A stretch of DNA of 64,000 nucleotides from Cyanophyceae cyanobacterium (lineage in GTDB: Bacteria; Cyanobacteriota; Cyanobacteriia; Cyanobacteriales; JBHJGN01), in the NCBI GenBank assembly GCA_050331735.1, contig JBHJGN010000055.1:10748-74747 (forward strand), given 5' to 3'. Position 1 is the first letter of the stretch. The number at the start of each line of letters is the position of its first letter. The position numbers and the translations under genes were made by a program. The notes under the pieces were generated by a model. That model was not told the origin of the DNA, ran no database searches, and was given only the letters and a program-made list of their open reading frames with translations. This document shows positions 35,614 to 45,711 of the stretch, piece after piece.

Positions 35614-37368
35614 ATGACCATGAGTGAAGCCTTATTTCGCGTTGACAATTTGCGGGTTGCTTACCCTAGTCACTCTCCTCAAAAGCTTTGGGCTGTGGAT
35701 GATGTGTCTTTTACGCTTAACCCTGGCGAACGGCTAGGGCTGGTGGGAGAATCGGGATGCGGTAAGTCAACGCTGGGGCGGGCAGCGATGCGGCTGCTGC
35801 CGCCTGGGAGCCAAATGGAAGGCAAAGTTTGGTATCAAGGGCAGTCGGTTTTTGCCCTCAGTCCTGCCCAGATGCGTCTGTTTCGCGGGGAAGTGGTGGC
35901 TTTGATCTTTCAAGATCCGATGACGCGCTTAGACCCGCTGATGACCATTGGAGCGCACTGCGTGGAAACCTTAAGGGCGCATCAGCCTCAGTTATCGCGT
36001 CGTCAGGCCAAGGAGAAAGCGATTGAAACCCTTGCCGCCGTGAAGATTCCGGCGAATCGCTGGGGTCAGTATCCCCACGAGTTTAGCGGCGGAATGCGAC
36101 AGCGAGTGGCAATTGCGCTGGCTTTGCTGCTCAATCCAAAGCTGATCGTCGCCGATGAGCCTACCACTAGCCTTGATGTCACCATCGCTTCAGAAATTTT
36201 ACAGGAACTGACGCGGCTGTGTCGCGAGCGTTCGCTGGCGCTGCTGCTGATTTCTCACGATTTGGCGATGGTAGGGGAATACTGCGATCGCCTTGCGGTG
36301 ATGTACCAAGGCAAAGTGGTAGAAACGGGTACGACCCGCTCTATTTTCGACGCTCCTCAGCACGACTACACGAAGTCGCTGTTGCAGGCGGCACTACATA
36401 TTCAAGTAACGGGGGATAGCGCCTGCGGCGCGGGGAAAGGGGAAAGGGGAAACTGTCCCTCCGGGACGGGGAAGCGGTGCGACCCCGCGTCGGCGCAAGA
36501 CGCAAGGGAACGCGCACCAAGACAGGGGGAAGGGGAAAAGGGGAAGGGATCTGCTCCGATTCTCCGGGTAGACAGGGTGCAGCAGTACTATACGTTAGAG
36601 GGCAATTTTGTTAAGCAACTGTTTGGAGGCGAGAAAACGGTTATTAAAGCCGTGGATGGCGTTAGTTTTGAGCTGCATCGCGGGGAGATTCTTGGATTAG
36701 TGGGAGAGTCGGGCTGCGGCAAAAGTACGCTCTCTCGCACAATATTACAGCTCGTTCGTCCCACGGCGGGTCGGGTCGAGTTTCTGGGACAGGAGATCGC
36801 GGCGCTGTCAGGAGCGCAACTTCGTCATCTGCGGCGACAGATGCAGATGGTGTTTCAAGATCCCCATGCCTGCCTCAATCCATTAATGAAGGTGGGGGAT
36901 GGCATTGCCGATCCGCTGTTTATTCATGGTTTAGCAACTCCTGCTGAAGCGAAAAGCCAGGTTGAACAGATGCTAGAGCGAGTGGGGCTCACTCCTGTCG
37001 CTGACTACTATCGTCGCTATCCAGCGGATCTATCGGGGGGGCAGCAGCAGCGCGTGGCGATCGCCCGAGCTTTAATTACTCAGCCGCAACTCTTGATTTG
37101 TGATGAACCTGTCAGCATGCTGGATGCGAGCGTACAGACGCAGGTGTTAGAGCTGATGCTGGAATTAAAGAGGGAATTTGACCTCACCTACCTGTTTATT
37201 ACCCACGATCTCTGGGTGGCTCGGTTCTTCTGCGATCGCATTGCCGTGATGAATGCCGGCAAGATTGTTGAGCTTGACGCTACGGAGAGAATTTTTTCCA
37301 ATCCACAGCATCCTTACACTCAAAAGCTCCTCGGGGCTGCCCCTCTCCTCTCTCAAAAAAGCTTATAA
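35614..37368 (+). CDS. Peptide/nickel ABC transporter ATP-binding protein (two fused ATPase domains)
   Basis: Two GESGCGKST Walker A motifs, FSGGM and LSGGQ signatures, two Walker B (ADEP, CDEP); repeat-derived insertion in the linker. Confidence 0.93.
   Translation: MTMSEALFRVDNLRVAYPSHSPQKLWAVDDVSFTLNPGERLGLVGESGCGKSTLGRAAMRLLPPGSQMEGKVWYQGQSVFALSPAQMRLFRGEVVALIFQDPMTRLDPLMTIGAHCVETLRAHQPQLSRRQAKEKAIETLAAVKIPANRWGQYPHEFSGGMRQRVAIALALLLNPKLIVADEPTTSLDVTIASEILQELTRLCRERSLALLLISHDLAMVGEYCDRLAVMYQGKVVETGTTRSIFDAPQHDYTKSLLQAALHIQVTGDSACGAGKGERGNCPSGTGKRCDPASAQDARERAPRQGEGEKGKGSAPILRVDRVQQYYTLEGNFVKQLFGGEKTVIKAVDGVSFELHRGEILGLVGESGCGKSTLSRTILQLVRPTAGRVEFLGQEIAALSGAQLRHLRRQMQMVFQDPHACLNPLMKVGDGIADPLFIHGLATPAEAKSQVEQMLERVGLTPVADYYRRYPADLSGGQQQRVAIARALITQPQLLICDEPVSMLDASVQTQVLELMLELKREFDLTYLFITHDLWVARFFCDRIAVMNAGKIVELDATERIFSNPQHPYTQKLLGAAPLLSQKSL
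36411..36549 (+). repeat. Composite dispersed repeat, copy 2, in frame inside the ABC ATPase gene
   Basis: Two mini-hairpins (36419, 36455) plus the ~60-bp core shared with 1793-1851 and ~40098-40160. Confidence 0.9.
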
Positions 37369-37536
37369 AAGACTATTTGGGGGCGTTTTTTAAAGCTGAG
37401 ATTAACTAGCTCTCGTTCTGTGTGAATTATCGATGAATTTGAAAGTTTGCTAGAGACATTCGCTCAAGCTCTGCCTATATTGAGATTAAGCAAAAGCGAT
37501 GTCTAACTGATGCAAACACCAAGGAGCCAATCCAAA

Positions 37537-38274
37537 ATGAACACTAAGACTATTTTACTACACGCTACTCTCGCTACCGCCACCGTTCTCGCTGTTTCTC
37601 CAGCTTACGCCTTTACCTTAAGCAAGGGTAGCGTCTTGTCCCTATCTGGTGATGGGTCTGTAATAGAACACTATGGCAATGGCCCTCAAACTCCAACATC
37701 TGCCAATATATCCTTCCATGACATTCCTAATGAAGGACAAGGAAACTCAGTTTACGCCTTCAAAATTGGAGCAGGAGGAGATTTTCAAAAGCTCTTCGAC
37801 AGTAAATCTTTTTCTGATTCTGATGATGCAATTGCTGATTTACTACTAACATTCGCTAATCAGCATGATAACAATAACGATCCTATCTATAGTTTCTCTA
37901 AAACAGTACCTTTCATTGATTTTGGAGACGAAACCTTTAACGACGGCAATACATCCGAAACCGGAAAATTAGTCTTTAATCTCAATCCCGGTCAATTTAC
38001 CAGAACCGAGGAAAACGGAAATGTTGATTACGATACAGTCTCAATGAGCGGAGATTTCGTGTTTACACCGACAGGTCAGCCTTCCTCGGCCTTTGCTGTA
38101 GGAACTGCCAGCGTAAACTTTGAAGAGGTAGATCCTGAAGTTGGCAGCTTTAACATCGTTCTGAGAGTGGAAGAAGACACTCCGACCCAACCAGTTCCTG
38201 AACCTGGCGCACTACTCGGATTAGCTGCTACTTTTGGCTTCTTACCCTTTGCTAGAAAGAAGACGGTCGCTTAA
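37537..38274 (+). CDS. PEP-CTERM sorting-domain protein
   Basis: Signal peptide ending AYA; C-terminal VPEPGALLGLAATFGFLPFARKK; AGGAG upstream of ATG 37537. Confidence 0.9.
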   Translation: MNTKTILLHATLATATVLAVSPAYAFTLSKGSVLSLSGDGSVIEHYGNGPQTPTSANISFHDIPNEGQGNSVYAFKIGAGGDFQKLFDSKSFSDSDDAIADLLLTFANQHDNNNDPIYSFSKTVPFIDFGDETFNDGNTSETGKLVFNLNPGQFTRTEENGNVDYDTVSMSGDFVFTPTGQPSSAFAVGTASVNFEEVDPEVGSFNIVLRVEEDTPTQPVPEPGALLGLAATFGFLPFARKKTVA

Positions 38275-38354
38275 GCCAAGCTCCTGCAAAATAGCTCGTG
38301 ACCCAAAGCACCGTCAGATTTTTCTAAATAGCTTGAAAAGATCGTACCGCATAA

Positions 38355-38381
38355 GAGCAGTAGATGGATAGTCTACTGCTC
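38355..38381. terminator. Hairpin downstream of the PEP-CTERM gene
   Basis: GAGCAGTAGA...TCTACTGCTC inverted repeat. Confidence 0.55.
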
Positions 38382-38509
38382 CTTATATATGTAATCATGC
38401 CTCCCTTTTCCCTTTCCCCCTTCCTCTTTCCCCGTCGCGGAGCGACTTGCTGTCTGCAGCCACTTTGTGGTGATAATGACAGGATAGGCAATGGTAAGAG
38501 GAAAAATTC

Positions 38510-40036
38510 ATGTCACGTCTAGCGCTGCTGAGCGTCTTTGATAAAACCGGGATTGTAGATTTAGCGCGTCGGCTTGTCGAGGAGTTTGAGTTTGAGATCC
38601 TCAGCAGCGGCGGTACGGCTAAAGCACTCCAGTCAGCAGGAGTACCAGTCACGAAGGTCAGCGACTACACGGGCGCACCGGAAATTTTAGGAGGCAGAGT
38701 AAAAACCCTGCACCCTCGCATTCATGGCGGCATTCTGGGACGCAGAGATGTGCCTCAAGACCGGGCAGACATGGAGGCAAACCAAATTCGTCCCCTCGAG
38801 CTCGTCGTCGTTAATCTTTATCCGTTTGAGCAAACTATTGCTCAGCCAGGAGTAACGGTTGCCGAAGCAATTGAGCAAATTGATATTGGGGGACCAGCGA
38901 TGCTGCGAGCCGCCGCCAAGAACTTTGCTCACCTAACGGTTTTGTGTCACCCCAATCAGTACGAGGGCTACCTGCAAGAATTACGACACGGAACGCCATC
39001 GCTAGAGTTTCGGCAGGCGCAAGCCCAAGCCGCCTTTGCACTCACTGCCGCTTACGATAGTGCGATCGCCGATTATTTTGCCTCGCGCACAGAATCCTTG
39101 CCAAACCGCTATACTCTCTCTGGCACTCAGCGACAGCCGCTGCGCTACGGCGAAAATCCCCATCAGCAGGCCGCGTGGTATCAAACCGGAGCACCGAGGG
39201 GCTGGACGACTGCTCGGAAGCTTCAGGGAAAAGAACTGAGCTATAACAATTTGGTTGATTTAGAAGCGGCGCGGCGCATTATTGCTGAATTTGATTCTGA
39301 ACCCGCCGCTGCTGTACTCAAGCACACTAATCCCTGCGGGGTAGCAGTGGGAACCAGCCTAGTAGAGGCGTATGAAAAAGCCTTTAATGCCGATTCCACC
39401 TCGGCGTTTGGGGGCATCGTTGCGCTCAATCAGCCCATCGATGCAGAGACAGCCCAAGCGTTGACCAAAACCTTTTTAGAATGCGTCGTTGCTCCAGACT
39501 GTACGTCAGCAGCCGAGGAAATTTTGGCCAAGAAAGCGAAGGTGAGGGTGCTGATCTTACCAGAGATCCACTCAGGACCGCAGCATACCGTTAAGGCGAT
39601 CGCTGGTGGTTTTCTAGTACAGTCGAGCGATGACAGGAGAGAAAACGCTCAAGCGTGGCAGGTAGTTACCGATAAGCAGCCCACTCCCAGTCAGCAAGCA
39701 GAACTGCTGTTTGCTCAGAAAGTTGTCAAGCACGTTAAATCGAACGCGATTGTTGTGACGGGAAACCGGACCACCCTTGGGATCGGAGCCGGACAGATGA
39801 ACCGTGTTGGGGCGGTAAAAATTGCCCTAGAGCAGGCGGAATCGGGGGCACAAGGGGCCATTCTGGCTAGCGATGGCTTTTTTCCCTTCGATGATTCGGT
39901 ACGCGCCGCTGCCGCTGCTGGAGTGACTGCGATTATTCAGCCGGGGGGATCGATGCGAGACCAAGCCTCGATTGCGGCGGCCAATGAATTGGGTTTAGTG
40001 ATGGTGTTCAGTGGAGTGCGGCATTTTCTTCACTAA
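38510..40036 (+). CDS. purH: Bifunctional AICAR formyltransferase / IMP cyclohydrolase
   Basis: GRVKTLHP, IDIGGPAMLRAAAKN, LRYGENPHQ, KHTNPCG, ASDGFFPF, terminal RHFLH. Confidence 0.98.
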   Translation: MSRLALLSVFDKTGIVDLARRLVEEFEFEILSSGGTAKALQSAGVPVTKVSDYTGAPEILGGRVKTLHPRIHGGILGRRDVPQDRADMEANQIRPLELVVVNLYPFEQTIAQPGVTVAEAIEQIDIGGPAMLRAAAKNFAHLTVLCHPNQYEGYLQELRHGTPSLEFRQAQAQAAFALTAAYDSAIADYFASRTESLPNRYTLSGTQRQPLRYGENPHQQAAWYQTGAPRGWTTARKLQGKELSYNNLVDLEAARRIIAEFDSEPAAAVLKHTNPCGVAVGTSLVEAYEKAFNADSTSAFGGIVALNQPIDAETAQALTKTFLECVVAPDCTSAAEEILAKKAKVRVLILPEIHSGPQHTVKAIAGGFLVQSSDDRRENAQAWQVVTDKQPTPSQQAELLFAQKVVKHVKSNAIVVTGNRTTLGIGAGQMNRVGAVKIALEQAESGAQGAILASDGFFPFDDSVRAAAAAGVTAIIQPGGSMRDQASIAAANELGLVMVFSGVRHFLH

Positions 40037-40068
40037 CTGCCCTGCCTGCGGAAAGAAGCGCGAGTATC

Positions 40069-40180
40069 GGGGGAAGGGGGAAAGAGTTCCTCCGGAACGG
40101 GGAAGCGGTGCAACCCCGCGTCGGCGCAAGACGCAAGGGAACGCGCACCAAGACAGGGGAAAAGGGAAAGGGGAAAGGAG
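40069..40180 (+). repeat. Composite dispersed repeat, copy 3
   Basis: GTTCC-TCC-GGAAC at 40086 followed by the shared core and a GGGAAA tract. Confidence 0.9.
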
Positions 40181-40303
40181 AAGACACTTAATGGGCTGAA
40201 TCTAGAGGGAAAGCCTTCCGGCGAGCAGAACAAGCGAAACTGTAGCAAGCGCTACGGTTTTTGTGAGCCAATGCCGATATTTTCCTTCTGTTGAGTGTGG
40301 GGA

Positions 40304-42073
40304 ATGCCAAGTTTGCCAAAGTTCAAACAAACGGTTGTTTATTTAACGGCACAGGCGGCAGCGATCACCGTTTTGCCAGCCGCTGAAGCCGCCGTGTTTC
40401 GTCTGGAAGAAGCGACTGTAGCCGACATTAATCAGGCTTTTGAAGCGGAGGCTTTAACGTCTGAACAGCTCGTTCAGCTCTATCTAAATCGCATCGAAGC
40501 CTATGACCAGCAAGGTCCGGCAATTAACTCTCTGATTAATATCAACTCCAACGCTTTAGCAAGAGCGAGAGAGCTAGATCGGGAGCGTCCAGCAGATCCG
40601 GCTAGCCCGCTCTATGGGATTCCGATTATTCTTAAAGATAATTTTGATACGGCGGACCTGCCAACAACGGGAGGATCTGATGTGCTAGCTGGTTCGCTTC
40701 CTCCCGACGATGCTTTTACGGTCGAGCAGTTTCGAGATGCTGGAGCCGTTATTCTTGGTAAAGCCAACATGAGCGAGCTGGCCTTGTCTTCTGGTAGACT
40801 TGGCTATAGCTCTCGCGGAGGACTAACCCTCAACCCCTATAATCTTCAGCGAGACGCTTCTGGATCGAGTAGCGGTACGGCAGCGGCGATCGCCGCCAAT
40901 TTTGCCGTTCTGGGAACGGGAACCGATACAGCCGGATCGATTCGCGGTCCTTCTTCCTTTACCGGACTGGTCGGCATTAAACCGACTTTGGGGTTAACCA
41001 GTCGTGATGGCATTATTCCCCTGGCTCTATCGGTAGATGTTGGCGGACCGATGGCGAGGACAGTGACAGATGCCGCAATTGCTCTAGGCGTCATGGCAGA
41101 AGACGATCCGAGCGATCCGGCTACCTTAGAGGAAGGTCAGTTTGAAGACTATACCCAGTTCCTTGATGAGTCAGCGCTGGCAGGAGCGCGGGTAGGAATT
41201 AGCCGCGACTTTCTAGGCGGTAATCCAGAGGTGGATCGGATTGTTGAGGAAGTCTTAGCTACCGTCGAAGAGCTAGGCGCAACCGTCGTCGATGCCGATT
41301 TTCCCCAAAGCGTGATTGAGGCAGCTAGCTACGGCACTCTTCTCGATCCGATCGTCCAGTCCGAGTTTCTGCCGCAGATCGAATCCTATCTGCAAACTCT
41401 AGACGACGAGTATCCGCAAACTTTAGAGGGACTGATCGAGGCTAGCTTGGCTCCAGAGATCGCTAACTCGGAAACTCCCGTTAATCCGAACCGCATTGCC
41501 GTTTATCAAGATTCTTTGGAAACCGGAGGATTATCCAATCCCGAATATCTAGAGGCGATCGCGCAGCTTCCTGAGCTAAGAGCAGACATTCTCAGCGTCT
41601 TCGCGGCGAACAGTCTTGATGCTATCGTTTATCCGACCGTAGCTTGTCCGCCCTCACCGATCACAGCCGCCGACGGCAGCACCATCGACGATCCGACCTA
41701 TTTTTGCGACTTAGATAATATTGAGGGCGATCCCTATCGAGCTGGTTATTTAGCGAACCTGACGGGCTTCCCTGATATTACCGTCCCCGCCGGATTTACA
41801 GACCAAGGTTTGCCCATCGGTCTTTCCTTCTTTGGAACGGCCTACAGCGAACCAACCCTGCTCGGTTTGGGTTACTCCTTTGAGCAAGCCACCCAGGTTC
41901 GCCGTCCCCCGGCTACGACTCCTCCCCTACCCGGTGAGGAATTTGAGTTCGACCCAGTGGCGGAAACGGTCCCTGAACCAGGGACAATTCCTGCTTTAAC
42001 TCTAATTGGCTTAGGAGCGCTGAGCGTGAAGTTGACAAGGCGGGACAGAGTAAGTAGCAAGATGAATGAGTGA
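40304..42073 (+). CDS. Amidase-signature family enzyme with a C-terminal PEP-CTERM anchor
   Basis: Triad motifs ILKDN, GSSSG and GTDTAGSIRGP; N-terminal signal-like segment ending AEA; C-terminal VPEP, TM helix and basic tail. Confidence 0.9.
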   Translation: MPSLPKFKQTVVYLTAQAAAITVLPAAEAAVFRLEEATVADINQAFEAEALTSEQLVQLYLNRIEAYDQQGPAINSLININSNALARARELDRERPADPASPLYGIPIILKDNFDTADLPTTGGSDVLAGSLPPDDAFTVEQFRDAGAVILGKANMSELALSSGRLGYSSRGGLTLNPYNLQRDASGSSSGTAAAIAANFAVLGTGTDTAGSIRGPSSFTGLVGIKPTLGLTSRDGIIPLALSVDVGGPMARTVTDAAIALGVMAEDDPSDPATLEEGQFEDYTQFLDESALAGARVGISRDFLGGNPEVDRIVEEVLATVEELGATVVDADFPQSVIEAASYGTLLDPIVQSEFLPQIESYLQTLDDEYPQTLEGLIEASLAPEIANSETPVNPNRIAVYQDSLETGGLSNPEYLEAIAQLPELRADILSVFAANSLDAIVYPTVACPPSPITAADGSTIDDPTYFCDLDNIEGDPYRAGYLANLTGFPDITVPAGFTDQGLPIGLSFFGTAYSEPTLLGLGYSFEQATQVRRPPATTPPLPGEEFEFDPVAETVPEPGTIPALTLIGLGALSVKLTRRDRVSSKMNE

Positions 42074-42400
42074 CTGTGGGCGTTGCTGAATCGGGAATGA
42101 TGGGGCAGTTAACTATTAGCGGTTAGCTGGGAGACATCGCCTGTGAGCGAGCTGAGGTTGTCCTGTCTCAGCCCGCCATGCCTGACTCTGTGAGGCTGAA
42201 CCTGCTCGTTGAGCAATTTTGATAATCTTAGGAGATTGGAATAAAAAGCTGACACCATTTACCGAAAGGAGTGAGATAGTTCTCCTCACTAACAAAGAGT
42301 TGGCTCTTAAAAGGGAAAGGCTTGCTGTGTTTACCTTTCCCCCTGACCCTTTCCCCTTTTCCCCAACGGCTCAAGTCTCTCATGTCTTTTTCTAATTGGT

Positions 42401-43174
42401 ATGACCTTGTTCTCTCTTGTGGTTATGAGTCGCTTGTGCGTTGCCGTTCTTGCCATGATTCTTCTGGCGGGGTGCGATCGCCCCTCAAATCCCGTCTCGA
42501 CTGCGCCACCACCGCCGCCGATTCCCGCCGCCCCGTCGCCGGAACCGCAACCGACTGCGGAGGATATCAAGATGGCGCAGTCACTCCGACAGCAGGGGTT
42601 GGAGTATCGCCAGCAGGGACGCTATGCCGAGGCGATCGCGGCTCTTAAACAATCAACAGAGCTAGAGCCACAAAACCTGTCAGGGCGGGTCATTTTAGGA
42701 TGGACGCTTCATTTAAACAAGCAGCACGAGGAAGCAGTACAGGAGCTACAGGCAGCACTGGAGAGCGATCCGGACGATGTTCCGGCGCTCAATGCCCTTG
42801 GAATTGTCTATTTAGTCAGTGGCGATCTCCCCGCCGCCGTTGAAACTCATACGCGAGCCACCGAACTCGAAGCCAATAACGATATTGCCCACTACAACCT
42901 CAGCTTAGCCTACCATCGCCTTCAGCAATACGACCAGGCGATCGCCCAGGGTCAACGCTCTGCTACTCTTGCCCCCAATAATCCTCACCATTGGGTAGCG
43001 CTGGCAATCGCTCAGTGGGATCGCGGAGACCAGGAAGCGGCAGTGCAGGCGTATCAACAAGCGATCAATCTAGATGCTCGCTACCGCACCAGCGAGTTCT
43101 TGGCTCACCTAGAGCAAGCCGGATTCAGCCAAGAGCAAATCCAAACAACCGAGCAGGTGCGGCAAGCAATTTAA
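42401..43174 (+). CDS. TPR-repeat lipoprotein
   Basis: Lipobox LAGC, Pro-rich linker, about 5 TPR motifs. Confidence 0.85.
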   Translation: MTLFSLVVMSRLCVAVLAMILLAGCDRPSNPVSTAPPPPPIPAAPSPEPQPTAEDIKMAQSLRQQGLEYRQQGRYAEAIAALKQSTELEPQNLSGRVILGWTLHLNKQHEEAVQELQAALESDPDDVPALNALGIVYLVSGDLPAAVETHTRATELEANNDIAHYNLSLAYHRLQQYDQAIAQGQRSATLAPNNPHHWVALAIAQWDRGDQEAAVQAYQQAINLDARYRTSEFLAHLEQAGFSQEQIQTTEQVRQAI

Positions 43175-43326
43175 TAAATCGCTGCGCGATTGGGAAAAGG
43201 GAAAGGGGTCAGGGGAAAAGGAGAGCAATTAGTGCTTTGTTCAGGTCTTTTGCGTCTGACTGCTAGCCGTGATTCTCGCTGCTTGCAACATCAATGGACT
43301 TAACATTACTTCATATAATAGAGGAA

Positions 43327-43815
43327 ATGACTAACACCTTGCTCATGACCACCACAAACCAACAAAATACAGCTTCCTTATCGTCCGACCCTTCTTGGCA
43401 GATCGAGCTACTGTACGATGGCGAGTGTCCGCTGTGTCTGCGAGAGGTAAACTTTTTGCAGAAGCGGGACGCTGGACGAGGCATTGTTAAATTTGTCGAT
43501 ATTGCCGATCCAAACTACGATCCTCAGCAGCATGGAGGAGTAGATTTTGCTACAGCGATGGGCCGAATCCATGCCGTACTGCCAGACGGAACGGTGATTA
43601 AAAACGTGGAGGTGTTTCGGCGAGTTTACGAAGCGTTGGGCATGGGGTGGGTTTATGCTGCAACAAAGCTGCCGATCATTGGCCCAATTGTTGACAAAAT
43701 CTACGATATTTGGGCAGATTGGCGACTAGTGCTGACGGGACGACCGAATTTAGAGACTATTATCGCTGAGCGGCAGCAGCAGCTTGAGGGATCGGGGCGA
43801 TGTCGGTTAAATTAG
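43327..43815 (+). CDS. DCC-family thiol-disulfide oxidoreductase (DUF393)
   Basis: LLYDGECPLC motif; GAGGA upstream of ATG 43327. Confidence 0.9.
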   Translation: MTNTLLMTTTNQQNTASLSSDPSWQIELLYDGECPLCLREVNFLQKRDAGRGIVKFVDIADPNYDPQQHGGVDFATAMGRIHAVLPDGTVIKNVEVFRRVYEALGMGWVYAATKLPIIGPIVDKIYDIWADWRLVLTGRPNLETIIAERQQQLEGSGRCRLN

Positions 43816-43965
43816 CTGTCCCTCCGGGACGGGGAAAGCCGGCGGCTTGGGAAAGGGGAAAATAGTTCCTGCGGAACGGGGAAAAAACACAGGTTTCAGG
43901 AACAAGCCGAATAATTATTCCCTTTCCCCCTTCCCCTTGGCCTTTTTCCCGCCGCGAACGCGGCT
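43816..43965. repeat. Mini-hairpin / heptamer repeat cluster
   Basis: GTCCC-TCC-GGGAC at 43818 and GTTCC-TGC-GGAAC at 43865, ending in AACACAGG as at ~27585. Confidence 0.8.
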
Positions 43966-43967
43966 TT

Positions 43968-44429
43968 CTATAATCGGTTATTCTCGTTCCAAAAGTCTTG
44001 ATGGACTTTAACCGCTTCCTCTTCCTGGACTGGACCAATGACTTCGGTGTTTCTGGCTCCGCGAGCGAACACTTCTCGACAGGAGAGGGAAATGGCGGGT
44101 CCAGCGATTTCGCCGAGGGTGTGGTTGGAACAGCCGAAGATGACGGTGGGAATGCCTGCCCAGTAGATGGCTCCAGCGCACATGGCACAGGGTTCAGTAC
44201 TGGTGTAGAGAATGCTTTCTTGGAGAACATCGGGGGGGAAAAGGCGAGCCGCTTTCCGGACTAGATTCGTTTCTGCGTGTCCAGTGGGGTCGTTGTCTGT
44301 ATTGACCGTATTTTCGGCGGTGAGAATAATTTTGCCGTCTCTAACTAAGCAAGCTCCAAAGGGCATGTTGCTTTTATAGACAGCCTGTCGAGAAAGTTCA
44401 ATACTTTTTTGGATAAATGGCTCGTGCAT
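43968..44429 (-). CDS. Nucleoside deaminase (cytidine/guanine deaminase family)
   Basis: PFGA, HAE and EPCAMC zinc-binding motifs. Confidence 0.9.
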   Translation of the reverse strand: MHEPFIQKSIELSRQAVYKSNMPFGACLVRDGKIILTAENTVNTDNDPTGHAETNLVRKAARLFPPDVLQESILYTSTEPCAMCAGAIYWAGIPTVIFGCSNHTLGEIAGPAISLSCREVFARGARNTEVIGPVQEEEAVKVHQDFWNENNRL

Positions 44430-44847
44430 GGTCTTGCGATCGCGCCGTCGGCGCGGGGTAAGGGGGATGAGTTCTTGATCAGTCCGAACAATTTCTAAAA
44501 TCTGATAATACTAAATTTCTTCCCGATGTTGACTCTTTAATTTGCTTTTGCTAGCAACACCTTAAAATCAAGTAGGGAGGCGGAATAAAGAGTAGAACCT
44601 AAGAAAGCAAAAAGAAGTAGGAAAAGCTAAGAGCTAGTTTGCTTTTATTTTCGGGTTAATTCTACCCACATAATTACGAAGTTCGCTCTTAGAGGAACAA
44701 AATGGTTAGTTTGGTATTGAATTTAACACTTTATTGCTGAGCGATCGCCTGCATCTCAAACCGATTGCTCATTGCTCTGTCTTCTAACAGGTTTCTCGAC
44801 TGAATATTCTTGCTTAACTAGAGTTAGTAAAACTTTCTGCATAGTTT

Positions 44848-45711
44848 ATGGTGAGGATACGAGCCACAATTTGGCTATTTGTGCTCAGTCTAGCGGCAGT
44901 AGTCTTGACAGCATTGATATACAGTAGCTGGAATTGGCGCTCCCAAACTTCACAGACCGAAGTTGTTCTAGAAGAGCCAGTCATCGTCGAAGATTCTCCA
45001 TCTCCAGAGGTCTTATCTCAGGCTGGACTAGCACCACAGCCTTCAGAGAATATGCAGCGCTGTTTGGCGAGCGTTCGCAGTTGGAGTTCTGCTTTTGCGC
45101 CACCGCGAGAGACGGCTCCGGCAGATTCTACCAACTACGGTCAGCGCTTTCTCAAAGACATTGACAATAATCCGATTACTTATCCGCTGTTGGTGGTTCT
45201 GCACGAAACGACGAACTCAGCCAATAGCGCCATTAATACTTTTCAAACTCCTCACACTAGCGACAGCAAACAGGTCAGCTATCACGATCTAATTCGGCGT
45301 GATGGCACGGTGGTTCATATTGTCCCCCTCGAAATGCGAGCGTTTGGGGCCGGAAATTCGGCGTTTGAAGGTAAAGATGGCACAGAAACGGTCAAAACCA
45401 ACGCTGCTCTTCCTCCTTCGGTAAATAACTTTGCTTACCATATTTCCTTTGAGTCTCCTCCTGGTGCTGGGAAAGCAGCTACCCATAGCGGCTACACGCA
45501 AGCTCAGTATCAATCTCTGGCCTGGTTGATCGCTCGGACCTGTACTCCTGAGTGGCGGATTACGACTCACAAAGAGATAGATCGCTCGGGTTCGAGGAGT
45601 GACCCGAGAAGCTATGAGCCGGAAAGACTGCTATTCTGGCTAGAGCAGTACCCAAATTGGAGAATTGTCAATCAAGAAGATAGTGTGACAACGACAGGAG
45701 CCGCGCAGTGA
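44848..45711 (+). CDS. Membrane-anchored N-acetylmuramoyl-L-alanine amidase (Amidase_2/PGRP-like)
   Basis: N-terminal TM, LVVLHET, VSYH, RAFGAGNS, ITTHKEID...DPRS. Confidence 0.85.
   Translation: MVRIRATIWLFVLSLAAVVLTALIYSSWNWRSQTSQTEVVLEEPVIVEDSPSPEVLSQAGLAPQPSENMQRCLASVRSWSSAFAPPRETAPADSTNYGQRFLKDIDNNPITYPLLVVLHETTNSANSAINTFQTPHTSDSKQVSYHDLIRRDGTVVHIVPLEMRAFGAGNSAFEGKDGTETVKTNAALPPSVNNFAYHISFESPPGAGKAATHSGYTQAQYQSLAWLIARTCTPEWRITTHKEIDRSGSRSDPRSYEPERLLFWLEQYPNWRIVNQEDSVTTTGAAQ

Noticed and set aside
44570..44675. Degenerate MITE-like long imperfect hairpin
   Set aside because: Terminal match is only about 13 of 20 and there is no second copy in the window; too weak to call
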